Part shown: positions 20,380 to 29,939 of the stretch, piece after piece
Layout of the letters: each line of letters opens with the position of its first letter
Numbering within the stretch: the first letter of the stretch is position 1
Assembly (NCBI GenBank): GCA_902801795.1
Contig: CADCJQ010000010.1
Span: forward strand, 2,358 to 66,357
Reading direction: 5' to 3'
DNA: 64,000 bases
Source of the DNA: an uncultured Erysipelotrichaceae bacterium
GTDB lineage: Bacteria > Bacillota_I > Bacilli_A > RF39 > UBA660
The notes under the pieces: model-generated
Database searches by the model: none
Seen by the model: the letters and a program-made list of their open reading frames with translations, nothing else
What the model was told of the DNA's origin: nothing
Translations under genes and position numbers: made by a program

Positions 20380-22434
20380 CTATGCATTAGGGGTAAATGT
20401 GCCATTTGAGTCCCATGTTCCATTAGGAAATTTTGTAAATTCTGGGTGGACTGGTGTAGTATGAAACATATCTGTAAAAGTAATACTTGATTTAATATTC
20501 CAATTATTTATTGCTGATGCATCAGTAAGACTTACATTATCTTGAAACATAGCTGTCATATTTGTTGCACTTGATACATTCCAATTCTCAAGTCCATCAA
20601 GAGTAGTTACTGTTGATGCACCGGTTTGATTAAACATATTACTAAAGCTTTGTACTTTTCCTACATTCCAATTTGTAAATGTTTGATATGATAATATACT
20701 TACATTTTGAAACATACTAGCCATACTAGTTACACTTGATACATCCCAATTTGATAGCGCTGAGAAATCTATTACTGGATCTCCTGTTTTAGTAGTTCCA
20801 CTTCCAGCCATTCCAAACATAAAGTTCATATTAATTACGCTTGATGTATTCCAATTTGCTAATGCACTTATATCTGTTAAATTTGTACAATCTCTAAACA
20901 TATTAGTCATAATAGTTACACTTGATACATCCCAATTTGATAATCCGCTTATATCTGTTAAATTCGTACAACCATAAAACATATTACCCATATTTTCTAC
21001 TTTTCTGGTTTTAGTTGCCCAATTAGATAGTGCACTTATATTTCTTAAATTCGTGCAATTTCTAAACATAGCAGTCAAAGTAGTTACACTAGATACATTC
21101 CAATTTAATAATCCACTTATATCTGTTAAATTCGTACAACCATAAAACATACCACTTATATTTTCTACACTATATACATTCCAATTTATTAAACCTTTTA
21201 TATCGGCTAAATATGAACAATTATTAAACAACTGCTGCATATTCTCTACACTAGATACATTCCAATTTATTAAACCACTTATATCAGTTAAATTTGTACA
21301 GTTTTGAAACATTGATGTCATATTAGTAACATTTGATGTATTCCACTGTGACAAGAAGTTAATATCTGTTAAATTTGTACATTGATTAAACATATTTGCC
21401 ATATTTGTAACATTATCAACTTTGAAATTATTTGAATTAAAGTTTTTTAACATTGATAAACCAGCAAATAATCCTATACTAGACTCTGGTGCATATATAA
21501 CATCATCGGCAACTACTATAGCTTTATAGGTATTATTACCTAATCCATCATCTACTGTATATACAGAAACTGTTCCTTTACTCATTACATCGGTTGCATC
21601 AAATGATGATAATGGATTTGCTAGTGCTACTCCATCTTTATGAAACTCTATACTAGTAATATTAGCTCTTATACTAGTCCAATTACTATCAACAACTAAA
21701 TTTTTCATAACAAAGTATTTCTCTTCTTCTACCCATATTCCTTCGTTAGCTTCTACTCTTACCTTAAATGATATTCCATTAGTTGATAATGAATTCCATT
21801 CACTTGTTGTAAATACTGTTCGTCCTGCTATCCAATCTCCAGGTGTTTCGCCATAAATGAAGTTACCATCTTCTATTCTTGATACTGTATCACTTATTGC
21901 CACATTACTTGCATCAATAAAAGCTGTCACATCAACACTTCCATTTACTCCATCTTCTCCACTTGGTATATATCCTACTAAGATATATTTACCATCTTCT
22001 ACTTGGCCTGTTTCTGTTAAATTATATATTGGATTTTCTCCACCACGATTTGTATAATAACTGGTATCCTTAGTACCTAAATTGTTTGCAGTTACATTAA
22101 AACTTATTGGTACTTCTTTTCCATTTATTGTGTTATTAACATCTTCTAGGGTTACTTTATATTCGATACCTTCACTATATGTTGTATCTCCTGTTATATT
22201 AATGGTTACGGTATCTGAATTACTACTATTTAAATTAGTACTTGATGTTGGAAAGACATTTTCTAAGCTAATGGTATTATTCTGAGTTGAATTAAATGCT
22301 ATTCTTCCTACCTTTAATGTATTTGCTGCTCCTGTTCTTGTATAATTAAAGAATGCATACGTTACACTACCTAATGTTAATAATAATGTAAATATTGTTA
22401 TTACTAATAACATTTGTTTTTTATTTTTTATCAT
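20380..22434 (-). CDS. Surface protein with DUF285/BspA-type LRR-like repeats
   Basis: ~25-aa repeats (LSNWDVSSVTxMxxMFxxCTNLTDIS); N-terminal TM and VTYAFFNYTRTG motif shared with 4184..5563. Confidence 0.88.
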   Translation of the reverse strand: MIKNKKQMLLVITIFTLLLTLGSVTYAFFNYTRTGAANTLKVGRIAFNSTQNNTISLENVFPTSSTNLNSSNSDTVTINITGDTTYSEGIEYKVTLEDVNNTINGKEVPISFNVTANNLGTKDTSYYTNRGGENPIYNLTETGQVEDGKYILVGYIPSGEDGVNGSVDVTAFIDASNVAISDTVSRIEDGNFIYGETPGDWIAGRTVFTTSEWNSLSTNGISFKVRVEANEGIWVEEEKYFVMKNLVVDSNWTSIRANITSIEFHKDGVALANPLSSFDATDVMSKGTVSVYTVDDGLGNNTYKAIVVADDVIYAPESSIGLFAGLSMLKNFNSNNFKVDNVTNMANMFNQCTNLTDINFLSQWNTSNVTNMTSMFQNCTNLTDISGLINWNVSSVENMQQLFNNCSYLADIKGLINWNVYSVENISGMFYGCTNLTDISGLLNWNVSSVTTLTAMFRNCTNLRNISALSNWATKTRKVENMGNMFYGCTNLTDISGLSNWDVSSVTIMTNMFRDCTNLTDISALANWNTSSVINMNFMFGMAGSGTTKTGDPVIDFSALSNWDVSSVTSMASMFQNVSILSYQTFTNWNVGKVQSFSNMFNQTGASTVTTLDGLENWNVSSATNMTAMFQDNVSLTDASAINNWNIKSSITFTDMFHTTPVHPEFTKFPNGTWDSNGTFTPNA

Positions 22435-22537
22435 TTTTACTATCTCCTTTACTTAATTAATTATTCCTACATAATGAATTACATATCAGCTATCATTATA
22501 GAAAGGGATTATTGGTCTATAAAAATGACCCCCCCCC

Positions 22538-22637
22538 AATATTAGTATTAGTTAACATAACTACCTCCTACTTTTATACTTAAATAATATTAGTATTAGT
22601 TAACATAACTACCTCCTACTTTTATACTTAAATAATA
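22538..22637. repeat. Exact 48-bp tandem duplication next to a C9 tract
   Basis: AATATTAGTATTAGTTAACATAACTACCTCCTACTTTTATACTTAAAT at 22538 and 22586; C9 at 22529..22537. Confidence 0.92.
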
Positions 22638-22706
22638 CTATATTTTCCTTAACTTGTAAAGATAGTTTAAAAAAATAATAAGTCATATTAACTTAAAAAA
22701 AAGTGT

Positions 22707-22991
22707 CTATTTTGCATAAACACTTACTTTTGTTTTTTCTTTTCCTAAACGTTCAAATTTAACAACACCATCAACTTTTGCAAATAAAGTATCATCTGAT
22801 CCACGTCCAACGTTCATACCTGGATGAACTTTAGTTCCTCTTTGACGATATAAAATACTTCCTGCTGTAACAATTTCACCATCACTAGCTTTAGAACCTA
22901 ATCTACGACCTGCAGAATCACGTCCATTAGTAGATGAACCTTGACCTTTTTTATGAGCAAACAATTGAATATTTAACTCTAATTTCATCAT
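22707..22991 (-). CDS. rpmA: 50S ribosomal protein L27 with N-terminal extension
   Basis: LNIQLF|[15 protein letters not shown]. Confidence 0.99.
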   Translation of the reverse strand: MMKLELNIQLFAHKKGQGSSTNGRDSAGRRLGSKASDGEIVTAGSILYRQRGTKVHPGMNVGRGSDDTLFAKVDGVVKFERLGKEKTKVSVYAK

Positions 22992-22993
22992 TA

Positions 22994-23293
22994 TTAACTC
23001 TCCTTTACTTTAATATTTTTAGGATAATCTTTTTCTAAACTTTTGAATAACTCTATCATATTCTCTAATAATTTTAAAGTTATCTTATCATTTTTCTTAA
23101 TAATTATAGTTGACATGCTTTTATTTTCATCTCTTTTATATTCAAGAGACTTTAATTCTAGTTTATCAATTGCATTAATAGTTGTTATCATAATACTTGA
23201 TACCGCACTACATACAATATCTTTTCCTAGATCATCATAATTACTATGTCCTATAATTTCAATTTTTTCTTTTTCTACATTAACTTTAATCAT
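22994..23293 (-). CDS. prp: Ribosomal-processing cysteine protease Prp
   Basis: GHS...DIVCSAVS motif, located between rplU and rpmA. Confidence 0.92.
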   Translation of the reverse strand: MIKVNVEKEKIEIIGHSNYDDLGKDIVCSAVSSIMITTINAIDKLELKSLEYKRDENKSMSTIIIKKNDKITLKLLENMIELFKSLEKDYPKNIKVKES

Positions 23294-23295
23294 AA

Positions 23296-23595
23296 TTAAC
23301 CAATTTTTTCAATTTTAACTTTAGTATATGGTTGTCTATGACCTTGTTTCTTTCTTGTAGAAGTTGTGTTAGGCTTATAAGTAAAGATTCTAATCTTTTT
23401 ACCTTTGCCATGTTTAACAATTGTTCCTGTAACTTTAGCACCAGAAACAGTAGGATTACCAATTTTATCTCCTAGCATTAATACTTCATCAAAAGTAACT
23501 TTATCGCCTTCATTACCTTCTAGTTTTTCTACGAAGATTTCTTGTCCTTCTTCTACATAGTATTGTTTACCACCAGTTTTAATTACTGCTTTCAT
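23296..23595 (-). CDS. rplU: 50S ribosomal protein L21
   Basis: [12 protein letters not shown]...[11 protein letters not shown]; true start at 23595 after GGAGG, not the 23697 start in the ORF track. Confidence 0.98.
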   Translation of the reverse strand: MKAVIKTGGKQYYVEEGQEIFVEKLEGNEGDKVTFDEVLMLGDKIGNPTVSGAKVTGTIVKHGKGKKIRIFTYKPNTTSTRKKQGHRQPYTKVKIEKIG

Positions 23596-23611
23596 ATTTC
23601 CTCCTTTTACA

Positions 23612-23682
23612 AATTCACTCGCGCATGAATAAGGTACTACACAAAATACATAGTTTATTAACCCATCTGCTGCGGTTTGAAT
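23612..23682 (-). promoter_or_regulatory. L21 leader RNA
   Basis: CCGCA...GGGT...ACCTT...GCGAGT layout upstream of rplU, below a TTGACA-17-TAACAT promoter (23702..23730). Confidence 0.7.
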
Positions 23683-23760
23683 ACGAGGTTCAAACATTAA
23701 GATGTTACCATAAATAATACTTTATGTCAAACAAAAGATGATATTTTTGACATTTTTTGC

Positions 23761-24447
23761 TTATTTTTCTTCATTTTCTCCTAAAAATTCATTAATAACA
23801 TAACTTGTAAGCATAAGTCCAGCTACCGAAGGAACATACGCTATTGAACCGATTTTACCTTCATATGGAAGAGGTTTCTCTTTCGAATAAATAACTTTTG
23901 TGTTTAATAATTCTTTTTCATCTTTTAATAAAAACCTTAACTTTTTAGCAAGAGGATCATATTCTGTTTTCTTTAGTGTTGTAATACTAAAGAACTCTGG
24001 ATGAAATTTATTACCAGTTCCCATACTACATATTATTTTAATATTTCTTTTAAAACATTCTTCAATTAATAATTTCTTACTTTCTAGACTATCACAACAA
24101 TCAATTACATAATCAATTTTTTTATCAAATAAAATATCTTTATTATCAATACCATAAAAAATATCTAAAGTCTCAACTAAACAATTTGGATTAATATCTT
24201 TAATTCTTTCTTTAAAACAATCGGTTTTCTTTTTACCAATATTAGAATGTAACGCAATAATTTGTCGATTAATATTAGTTATATCAACAATATCATAATC
24301 AACTAATATCAAATGACCTATTCCACATCTTGCAAGAGATTCTGTTACATAACCTCCTACTCCTCCTAAACCTAATACCAAAATAGTTTTATTTTTTAGT
24401 AATTCTAGTTTTTCCTTAATCATTAACTTTTCTCTTTCAAATTCCAT
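23761..24447 (-). CDS. ThiF-family tRNA threonylcarbamoyladenosine dehydratase (TcdA-like)
   Basis: GLGGVG, DYDIVDITNINRQ, VIDCCD, SMGTGNK, VYSKE, GSIAYVPSVAG. Confidence 0.9.
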   Translation of the reverse strand: MEFEREKLMIKEKLELLKNKTILVLGLGGVGGYVTESLARCGIGHLILVDYDIVDITNINRQIIALHSNIGKKKTDCFKERIKDINPNCLVETLDIFYGIDNKDILFDKKIDYVIDCCDSLESKKLLIEECFKRNIKIICSMGTGNKFHPEFFSITTLKKTEYDPLAKKLRFLLKDEKELLNTKVIYSKEKPLPYEGKIGSIAYVPSVAGLMLTSYVINEFLGENEEK

Positions 24448-25150
24448 TTTTTAACCTCTTTTCTAACATTTTAACTTCATTTTTTAATTTCATAATACTA
24501 TCAATATTACCATTAATATATTCATCTAAACCTAATTGACTATTAGAATAATTTATCAATAATTTCAAAACACATATTACATTTTCATAAAGAATATTAT
24601 TATTTGTACCAAAAACTAATTGTGAAGGTTCAAAATCAATTAATTTAACTTGATTATTATATAATACAAAATTTCCCCCATGAATATCTAAATAAAATAT
24701 TTTATTATCTAATAACTCTTCCATTAAAGAAATAATCTCTAAATACAACAATATTAAATTCTTATAAGGATTATCATCATAAGCATAGTATTTAAATAAA
24801 TCCGTTATGGAATAATTACAAAATATTTTTTTTAAAGATATCGCATTATTATAATAATAAATAATTAAACCTCTTAATAAATCATCTTCTAAATAATACC
24901 CAATGGGAAAATCAATAGAAGGAATTTTACTACGGACTTCATTAAACTTATTTAACATATCTCTCATACCTATAATATCATCTGGAGATAAAGTTTGCAA
25001 ATTATATTTAATAATATATTCATTAGTACTAAAAAGATTATAAAAACGACAATATCTACTTTCTAAATTTTTAATACAATCATTTTTATTTATATCTTTA
25101 TCTAAATATAATATTCCCTTATTATCTATTTTTAGTTCTAATGGTATCAT
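24437..25150 (-). CDS. Protein-kinase-like fold protein
   Basis: YIIKY, YLDIHGGNF, LIDFEP motifs. Confidence 0.7.
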   Translation of the reverse strand: MIPLELKIDNKGILYLDKDINKNDCIKNLESRYCRFYNLFSTNEYIIKYNLQTLSPDDIIGMRDMLNKFNEVRSKIPSIDFPIGYYLEDDLLRGLIIYYYNNAISLKKIFCNYSITDLFKYYAYDDNPYKNLILLYLEIISLMEELLDNKIFYLDIHGGNFVLYNNQVKLIDFEPSQLVFGTNNNILYENVICVLKLLINYSNSQLGLDEYINGNIDSIMKLKNEVKMLEKRLKNGI

Positions 25151-25158
25151 AAATCCCC

Positions 25159-25875
25159 CTATTTTTTTATTAATTTTTTTATTTCTTTTTCCATTATTTC
25201 AAATTTACCTTGTGGATATATTAAATTATTTTCTATTTTAAAACAAAAATTTATCTTACTTATTAATTGAAAATATCTTTCAAGAATATGATATTCATTA
25301 ATCCTACTTTTATTATATTTAAGATACTTCGGTTCAAAATCAATAATTTTAAGTTGATTATGATAAAGCAAGAAATTTCCTCCATGAATATCTAAATAAC
25401 TTAGTCCTTCTTGAAACATTTCTTTAAATAACTCCAGAATTTCGAGATATAACTTAAAAATATTTTCTTTTATATTACTACCATGTCTATATAAAGTCAT
25501 GAATTTTTCAACATTATCATTTTTAAGAAGTTCTCTTAATGAAACACTATTATCATAATAAGCTATAACTAATCCTTTTACTTTACCATTTTCTTGATAA
25601 TAAGCAATAGGAAAATCAATATTAGGTATTTTATCACTAACTTCATAGAATTTTTTTAACATTCTTTTTATTCTTGCTTCTTCAAAAAAAATAAATTCAT
25701 TATATACTTTTATAATATAATTATCGTTACCTTCAATTTTATAAAATTTGCTTCTAGGTATAAAATCATTATATTCAAAAGTAATTTGTTTGATATTTGT
25801 TTTTTCTTTATCAAGAAACCAGATGTTATCATGATCAAGCATTAATTCTTTAGGAAAACTCTTCATATTTATCAC
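25159..25875 (-). CDS. Protein-kinase-like fold protein, paralog
   Basis: YIIKVY, YLDIHGGNF, IIDFEP; shares the IDFPIxYY block with its neighbour. Confidence 0.7.
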   Translation of the reverse strand: MINMKSFPKELMLDHDNIWFLDKEKTNIKQITFEYNDFIPRSKFYKIEGNDNYIIKVYNEFIFFEEARIKRMLKKFYEVSDKIPNIDFPIAYYQENGKVKGLVIAYYDNSVSLRELLKNDNVEKFMTLYRHGSNIKENIFKLYLEILELFKEMFQEGLSYLDIHGGNFLLYHNQLKIIDFEPKYLKYNKSRINEYHILERYFQLISKINFCFKIENNLIYPQGKFEIMEKEIKKLIKK

Positions 25876-25980
25876 TCAATTTCGTGCATATTATACCATA
25901 TGAATACAAGAAAATAAAGTTTTTCAAAAAACAAACTAAAAAAGCTACTAAATTATCTTTAGTAACTTTTATTATTAAAA

Positions 25981-28900
25981 CTATCTTTTTTCAACATCTA
26001 AATAGGTATCAATACCATTTAAATTAAATAATTCACCTTTTTTCTCATTAATTAATTTATCACATAGAGTTTCTTTCTTAATAAAATCAAGGTATTTAGA
26101 TAGTCTCTCTTCTAAATTAGTTTCACTAGAATAGTAAATATTAATACGATCCATAATATTAAAGTCTTTTGTCTTTCTTAAATTTTGAACTTTACTTATA
26201 AGTTCACGAACAATACCTTCATCAATTAATTCATCTGTTAAGTTCGTATTTAAAATAATAAAGTTATTATTCTCATAAGCAGCATCAAAACCTTCTTTAG
26301 CATTTATCCTTATTTCAACCATTTCTTTAGTAATTGATACATTATTACCACCAATTTCCATCGTAATCGTTTCTTCTCTTTGTAATGAATTAATTTCTGT
26401 TTCTGATAAATTCATTAATTTAGATTGGAACTCTTTAATATTAGAGCCAAACATCTTACCACATACTTTAAAGTTAGGTTTTACTTCAAAGGTCATATAT
26501 GTTGATAAATCATTAGTGTAATGTACTTCATGAACATTAAGTTCTTCTTTAATTAAGGATGTCAAATCACCAATTGTTTTTTCATTCTTGCCATCTAAAA
26601 CAACTTCAGAAAGTGGTTGACGTACTTTTATTTTAACATCTTCTCTCGCTTGTCTTCCAAGTGATATTAAATCTCTTACTAAATCCATTTTTGTTTCAAT
26701 TTTATCATTAATTAATTTTTTATTACACTTAGGGAAATCTTCTAAATGAACGGATTCTCCTCCCGTTAATCCACGATAGATTTCTTCACTAACAAAAGGA
26801 CAAACAGGCGCAATCAACTTTGATAATCCAAGTAATACTTCATAAGTTGTTAAATAAACACTTTTCTTAGAAGTAGTTAAAGTACTTGCCCAAAATCTTT
26901 CACGATTACGTCTTATATACCAATTAGATAAGTCATCTGAAACAAAATTAGCAAGATGATGAACAACCTTATTCAAATCATATTCTTTAAAATCATTATT
27001 AACATTTTCTACTAAACGATTATATTTAGATAATAACCATTTATCAATTTCTTCACGTTCTTTATAATCAACCTGAAAGTTAGTACTACAGTCTTCTTGA
27101 GTTATTTTATCAATATTAGCATACATTTGAAAGAATGAATAAGTATTCTTTAATGGATTAAAGAACTTAGAATAAACTTCTTTTAAACCACCTAAATCAA
27201 ATTTAAGAGGTGTCCATACAGGACTTACATAAGGAAGATAAAATCTTACGGTATCAGCACCATATTCTTTAATTGTACTAAATGGTTCAACGATATTACC
27301 ACGAGATTTACTCATTTTCTTTCCTTCAGCATCTAAAAGTAAATCATTTACTAAAACATTTTTAAATGGTGATTTACCTGTTAAGAAAGTAGAAATAACA
27401 AGTAATGTATAAAACCATCCTCTTGTTTGATCTATACCTTCGGCGATAAAGTCAGCTGGAAATTGTTCTTCAAAAATTTTCTTATTCTCAAATGGATAAT
27501 GATATTGAGCAAATGGCATTGAACCAGAATCAAACCAACAATCAAGAACATCTGGAATTCTTGTCATTTCTTTTCCACAACTAGAACATTTAATATGAAT
27601 ATTATCAATATAAGGTTTATGTAAATCAAAATCATCATTAATAGGTTCAAGAGCTTTTTCTTTTAATTCTTCAATACTTCCAATCATCTCATGATGACCA
27701 CATTCACAAGTCCAATATGGAATAGGACTTCCCCAATAACGACTTCTTGATACATTCCAATCTTTCGCATTAGCAAGCCAATTAGCAAAACGTTTTTCTC
27801 CAACATACGCTGGATACCAATTAACACTTTCGTTGGCTTTTACTAAATCATCTTTAAATGCTGATACTTTTATATAATAACTTGGCATTGAATAATAAAT
27901 TAAAGGTGTATGACATCTCCAACAATGTGGATAATCATGTTTAATACGTTGTTTTTTGAATAATTTATCATTTTCTTTTAAATATTTTATAACTTCTAAA
28001 TTAGCATCAAAAACGAACATTCCTTTCCATGGACCTTCAATATAACATCCATCTTTACCAACAGGGTTAATACCTTTAATACCATATTTTTCACATACTA
28101 AAGCATCATCCGCTCCAAATGCTGGTGCAATATGAACAATACCTGTTCCATCTTCCATCGTTACATAATTATCACAAGTAACATAGAAGGCTTTTCCTTC
28201 GGCTTGAACTTCCGGTATTAATTGTTCATATTCCATAAATTCTAATTCACGTCCTCGCATATCATCAAGAACTTCAACATCATCACCTAATACTTTATTT
28301 ACAAGTTCTTTTCCCATAATGAAGGTAATACCTTTACTTCTTACTTTCGTATAAACACTATCAGGATTAACACACAAAGCAACATTAGCAAGTAATGTCC
28401 AAGGGGTTGTTGTCCATGCAAGGAAGTATTCATCTTTATCTTTAACTTTAAATGGTACATAAACAGTATCTGTATCATCTAATTGATAATCTTGTGCTAC
28501 TTCATGAGAAGCAAGCCCTGTTCCACAATGAGGACAATATGGTACTACTCTTGTTCCTTCATAGAAATATCCTTTTTCATGAAATTTCTTTAATATCCAC
28601 CATTCTGTTTCAATATATTCATTCTTAAAAGTTAAATAAGGATTATCTGTATCAATAAATTGTCCCATCTTACTTGTTAAATCAGTAAATGCCGCTTCAT
28701 TTTCACGAACACTTTTTCTACAAGCCTCATTAAATTTATCAACACCCATTTTTTCAATATCTTTTTTAGATGAAATACCAAGTATCTTCTCAACATGATT
28801 TTCAACTGGTAAACCATGTGTATCCCATCCTACTTTACGAAGTACTCTTTTTCCACTCATTACATGATATTTACATAAAGCATCTTTTAAATTCTTTGCT

Positions 28901-29082
28901 ACCATATGATGAAGTCCAGGAAATCCATTAGCAAAAGCTGGTCCATCATAAAAAACAAAATTTTCACTATTTTTTCTTAATTCATTTTGTTTTTTTGTTA
29001 TTTCATTAATACCATTCCAACTTTTTAAGATTTCTTCTTCAACTTCAGATACTTTCTTTTTACTTAATTCTTTAAATTCCAT
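25981..29082 (-). CDS. ileS: Isoleucine--tRNA ligase (type 2, long eukaryote-like form)
   Basis: 1033 aa; YDGPAFANG, GWDTHGLPVE, WTTTPWTL, GTGIVHIAPAFG, KMSKSRGN. Confidence 0.97.
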   Translation of the reverse strand: MEFKELSKKKVSEVEEEILKSWNGINEITKKQNELRKNSENFVFYDGPAFANGFPGLHHMVAKNLKDALCKYHVMSGKRVLRKVGWDTHGLPVENHVEKILGISSKKDIEKMGVDKFNEACRKSVRENEAAFTDLTSKMGQFIDTDNPYLTFKNEYIETEWWILKKFHEKGYFYEGTRVVPYCPHCGTGLASHEVAQDYQLDDTDTVYVPFKVKDKDEYFLAWTTTPWTLLANVALCVNPDSVYTKVRSKGITFIMGKELVNKVLGDDVEVLDDMRGRELEFMEYEQLIPEVQAEGKAFYVTCDNYVTMEDGTGIVHIAPAFGADDALVCEKYGIKGINPVGKDGCYIEGPWKGMFVFDANLEVIKYLKENDKLFKKQRIKHDYPHCWRCHTPLIYYSMPSYYIKVSAFKDDLVKANESVNWYPAYVGEKRFANWLANAKDWNVSRSRYWGSPIPYWTCECGHHEMIGSIEELKEKALEPINDDFDLHKPYIDNIHIKCSSCGKEMTRIPDVLDCWFDSGSMPFAQYHYPFENKKIFEEQFPADFIAEGIDQTRGWFYTLLVISTFLTGKSPFKNVLVNDLLLDAEGKKMSKSRGNIVEPFSTIKEYGADTVRFYLPYVSPVWTPLKFDLGGLKEVYSKFFNPLKNTYSFFQMYANIDKITQEDCSTNFQVDYKEREEIDKWLLSKYNRLVENVNNDFKEYDLNKVVHHLANFVSDDLSNWYIRRNRERFWASTLTTSKKSVYLTTYEVLLGLSKLIAPVCPFVSEEIYRGLTGGESVHLEDFPKCNKKLINDKIETKMDLVRDLISLGRQAREDVKIKVRQPLSEVVLDGKNEKTIGDLTSLIKEELNVHEVHYTNDLSTYMTFEVKPNFKVCGKMFGSNIKEFQSKLMNLSETEINSLQREETITMEIGGNNVSITKEMVEIRINAKEGFDAAYENNNFIILNTNLTDELIDEGIVRELISKVQNLRKTKDFNIMDRINIYYSSETNLEERLSKYLDFIKKETLCDKLINEKKGELFNLNGIDTYLDVEKR

Positions 29083-29094
29083 TTTCTATCCTCC

Positions 29095-29310
29095 TAAATA
29101 AAAAAATCTATAAACATAAGGACGCTCTGTCGTGGTACCACCTTAATTTATAGATTTACTATTTCTCTTAATTATAACGCATTACCGTATTTATCTTATC
29201 CATAAATCGCACTTGAAAGTGATCCTAATTAAATAATTTTATCTATTTTCACCAATCATAGACTCTCTAAAAAATATCTTTAATTACGTCTTTCGCCATT
29301 GCTTTTATAC
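29095..29310 (-). promoter_or_regulatory. T-box riboswitch (Ile specifier AUC)
   Basis: AAGGTGGTACCACG antiterminator (29131..29144), AGAGAG/GGTGAAA stem I motifs, AUC at 29221..29223, terminator before ileS. Confidence 0.9.
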
Positions 29311-29391
29311 CTAAAGATATTAACATATTTTTTATCTTTCTTCAAGTGTTTTCCACATTTTTGTCGATATTTTAATAATAATTAATTAATA

Positions 29392-29889
29392 TTACTCTTT
29401 ATTTTTATTTTCTTTATTTAAAATATCTTTCATTAGATTACAAAATACATTAATTATTTGTTCTTTATTATCTTCTCTTTTTTCATAATTCAATCTAATT
29501 ATTGTACTATAATTATTACTTTCATTTTCTTTATTCTTTTCATAAATTGCTAAATAAACTAAGTCATCTTCACCATAAAGATTTTCTTCATCAATCTTTT
29601 TTAATTTACCAGTTACTCCAACACCATAATCAGAACCTGTAAATCTTTGAATAGCAGATGCCATTTCTATCGCTGTTTCCATACTATATACGGTATATTT
29701 ATCAATGATTTCTTTAGGTACTCCCATTTTTATTTTATATTCATTGGCATAAGTAACTGCGGAAAACTTTATTACTTTACTCGCATTTGGAATATTCGTA
29801 ATAGCATTGACAATCCCTCCACCAGTGCATGATTCCATTGTACTTATTGTTTTACCTTTTTCTATTAATAATTTAACTAATTCTTCCAT
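29392..29889 (-). CDS. CinA C-terminal domain / NMN amidohydrolase (PncC-like)
   Basis: STMESCTGG, YANEYK, VYSMETAIEMA, GVGVTG. Confidence 0.88.
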   Translation of the reverse strand: MEELVKLLIEKGKTISTMESCTGGGIVNAITNIPNASKVIKFSAVTYANEYKIKMGVPKEIIDKYTVYSMETAIEMASAIQRFTGSDYGVGVTGKLKKIDEENLYGEDDLVYLAIYEKNKENESNNYSTIIRLNYEKREDNKEQIINVFCNLMKDILNKENKNKE

Positions 29890-29939
29890 CTTATCACCTT
29901 AAAGTTATTTTACCATAAAATTAATAAAGAAAAAAGAAT

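Noticed and set aside
23596-23697. N-terminal extension of L21 in the ORF track
   Set aside because: This is the L21 leader RNA; the real start follows GGAGG at 23595
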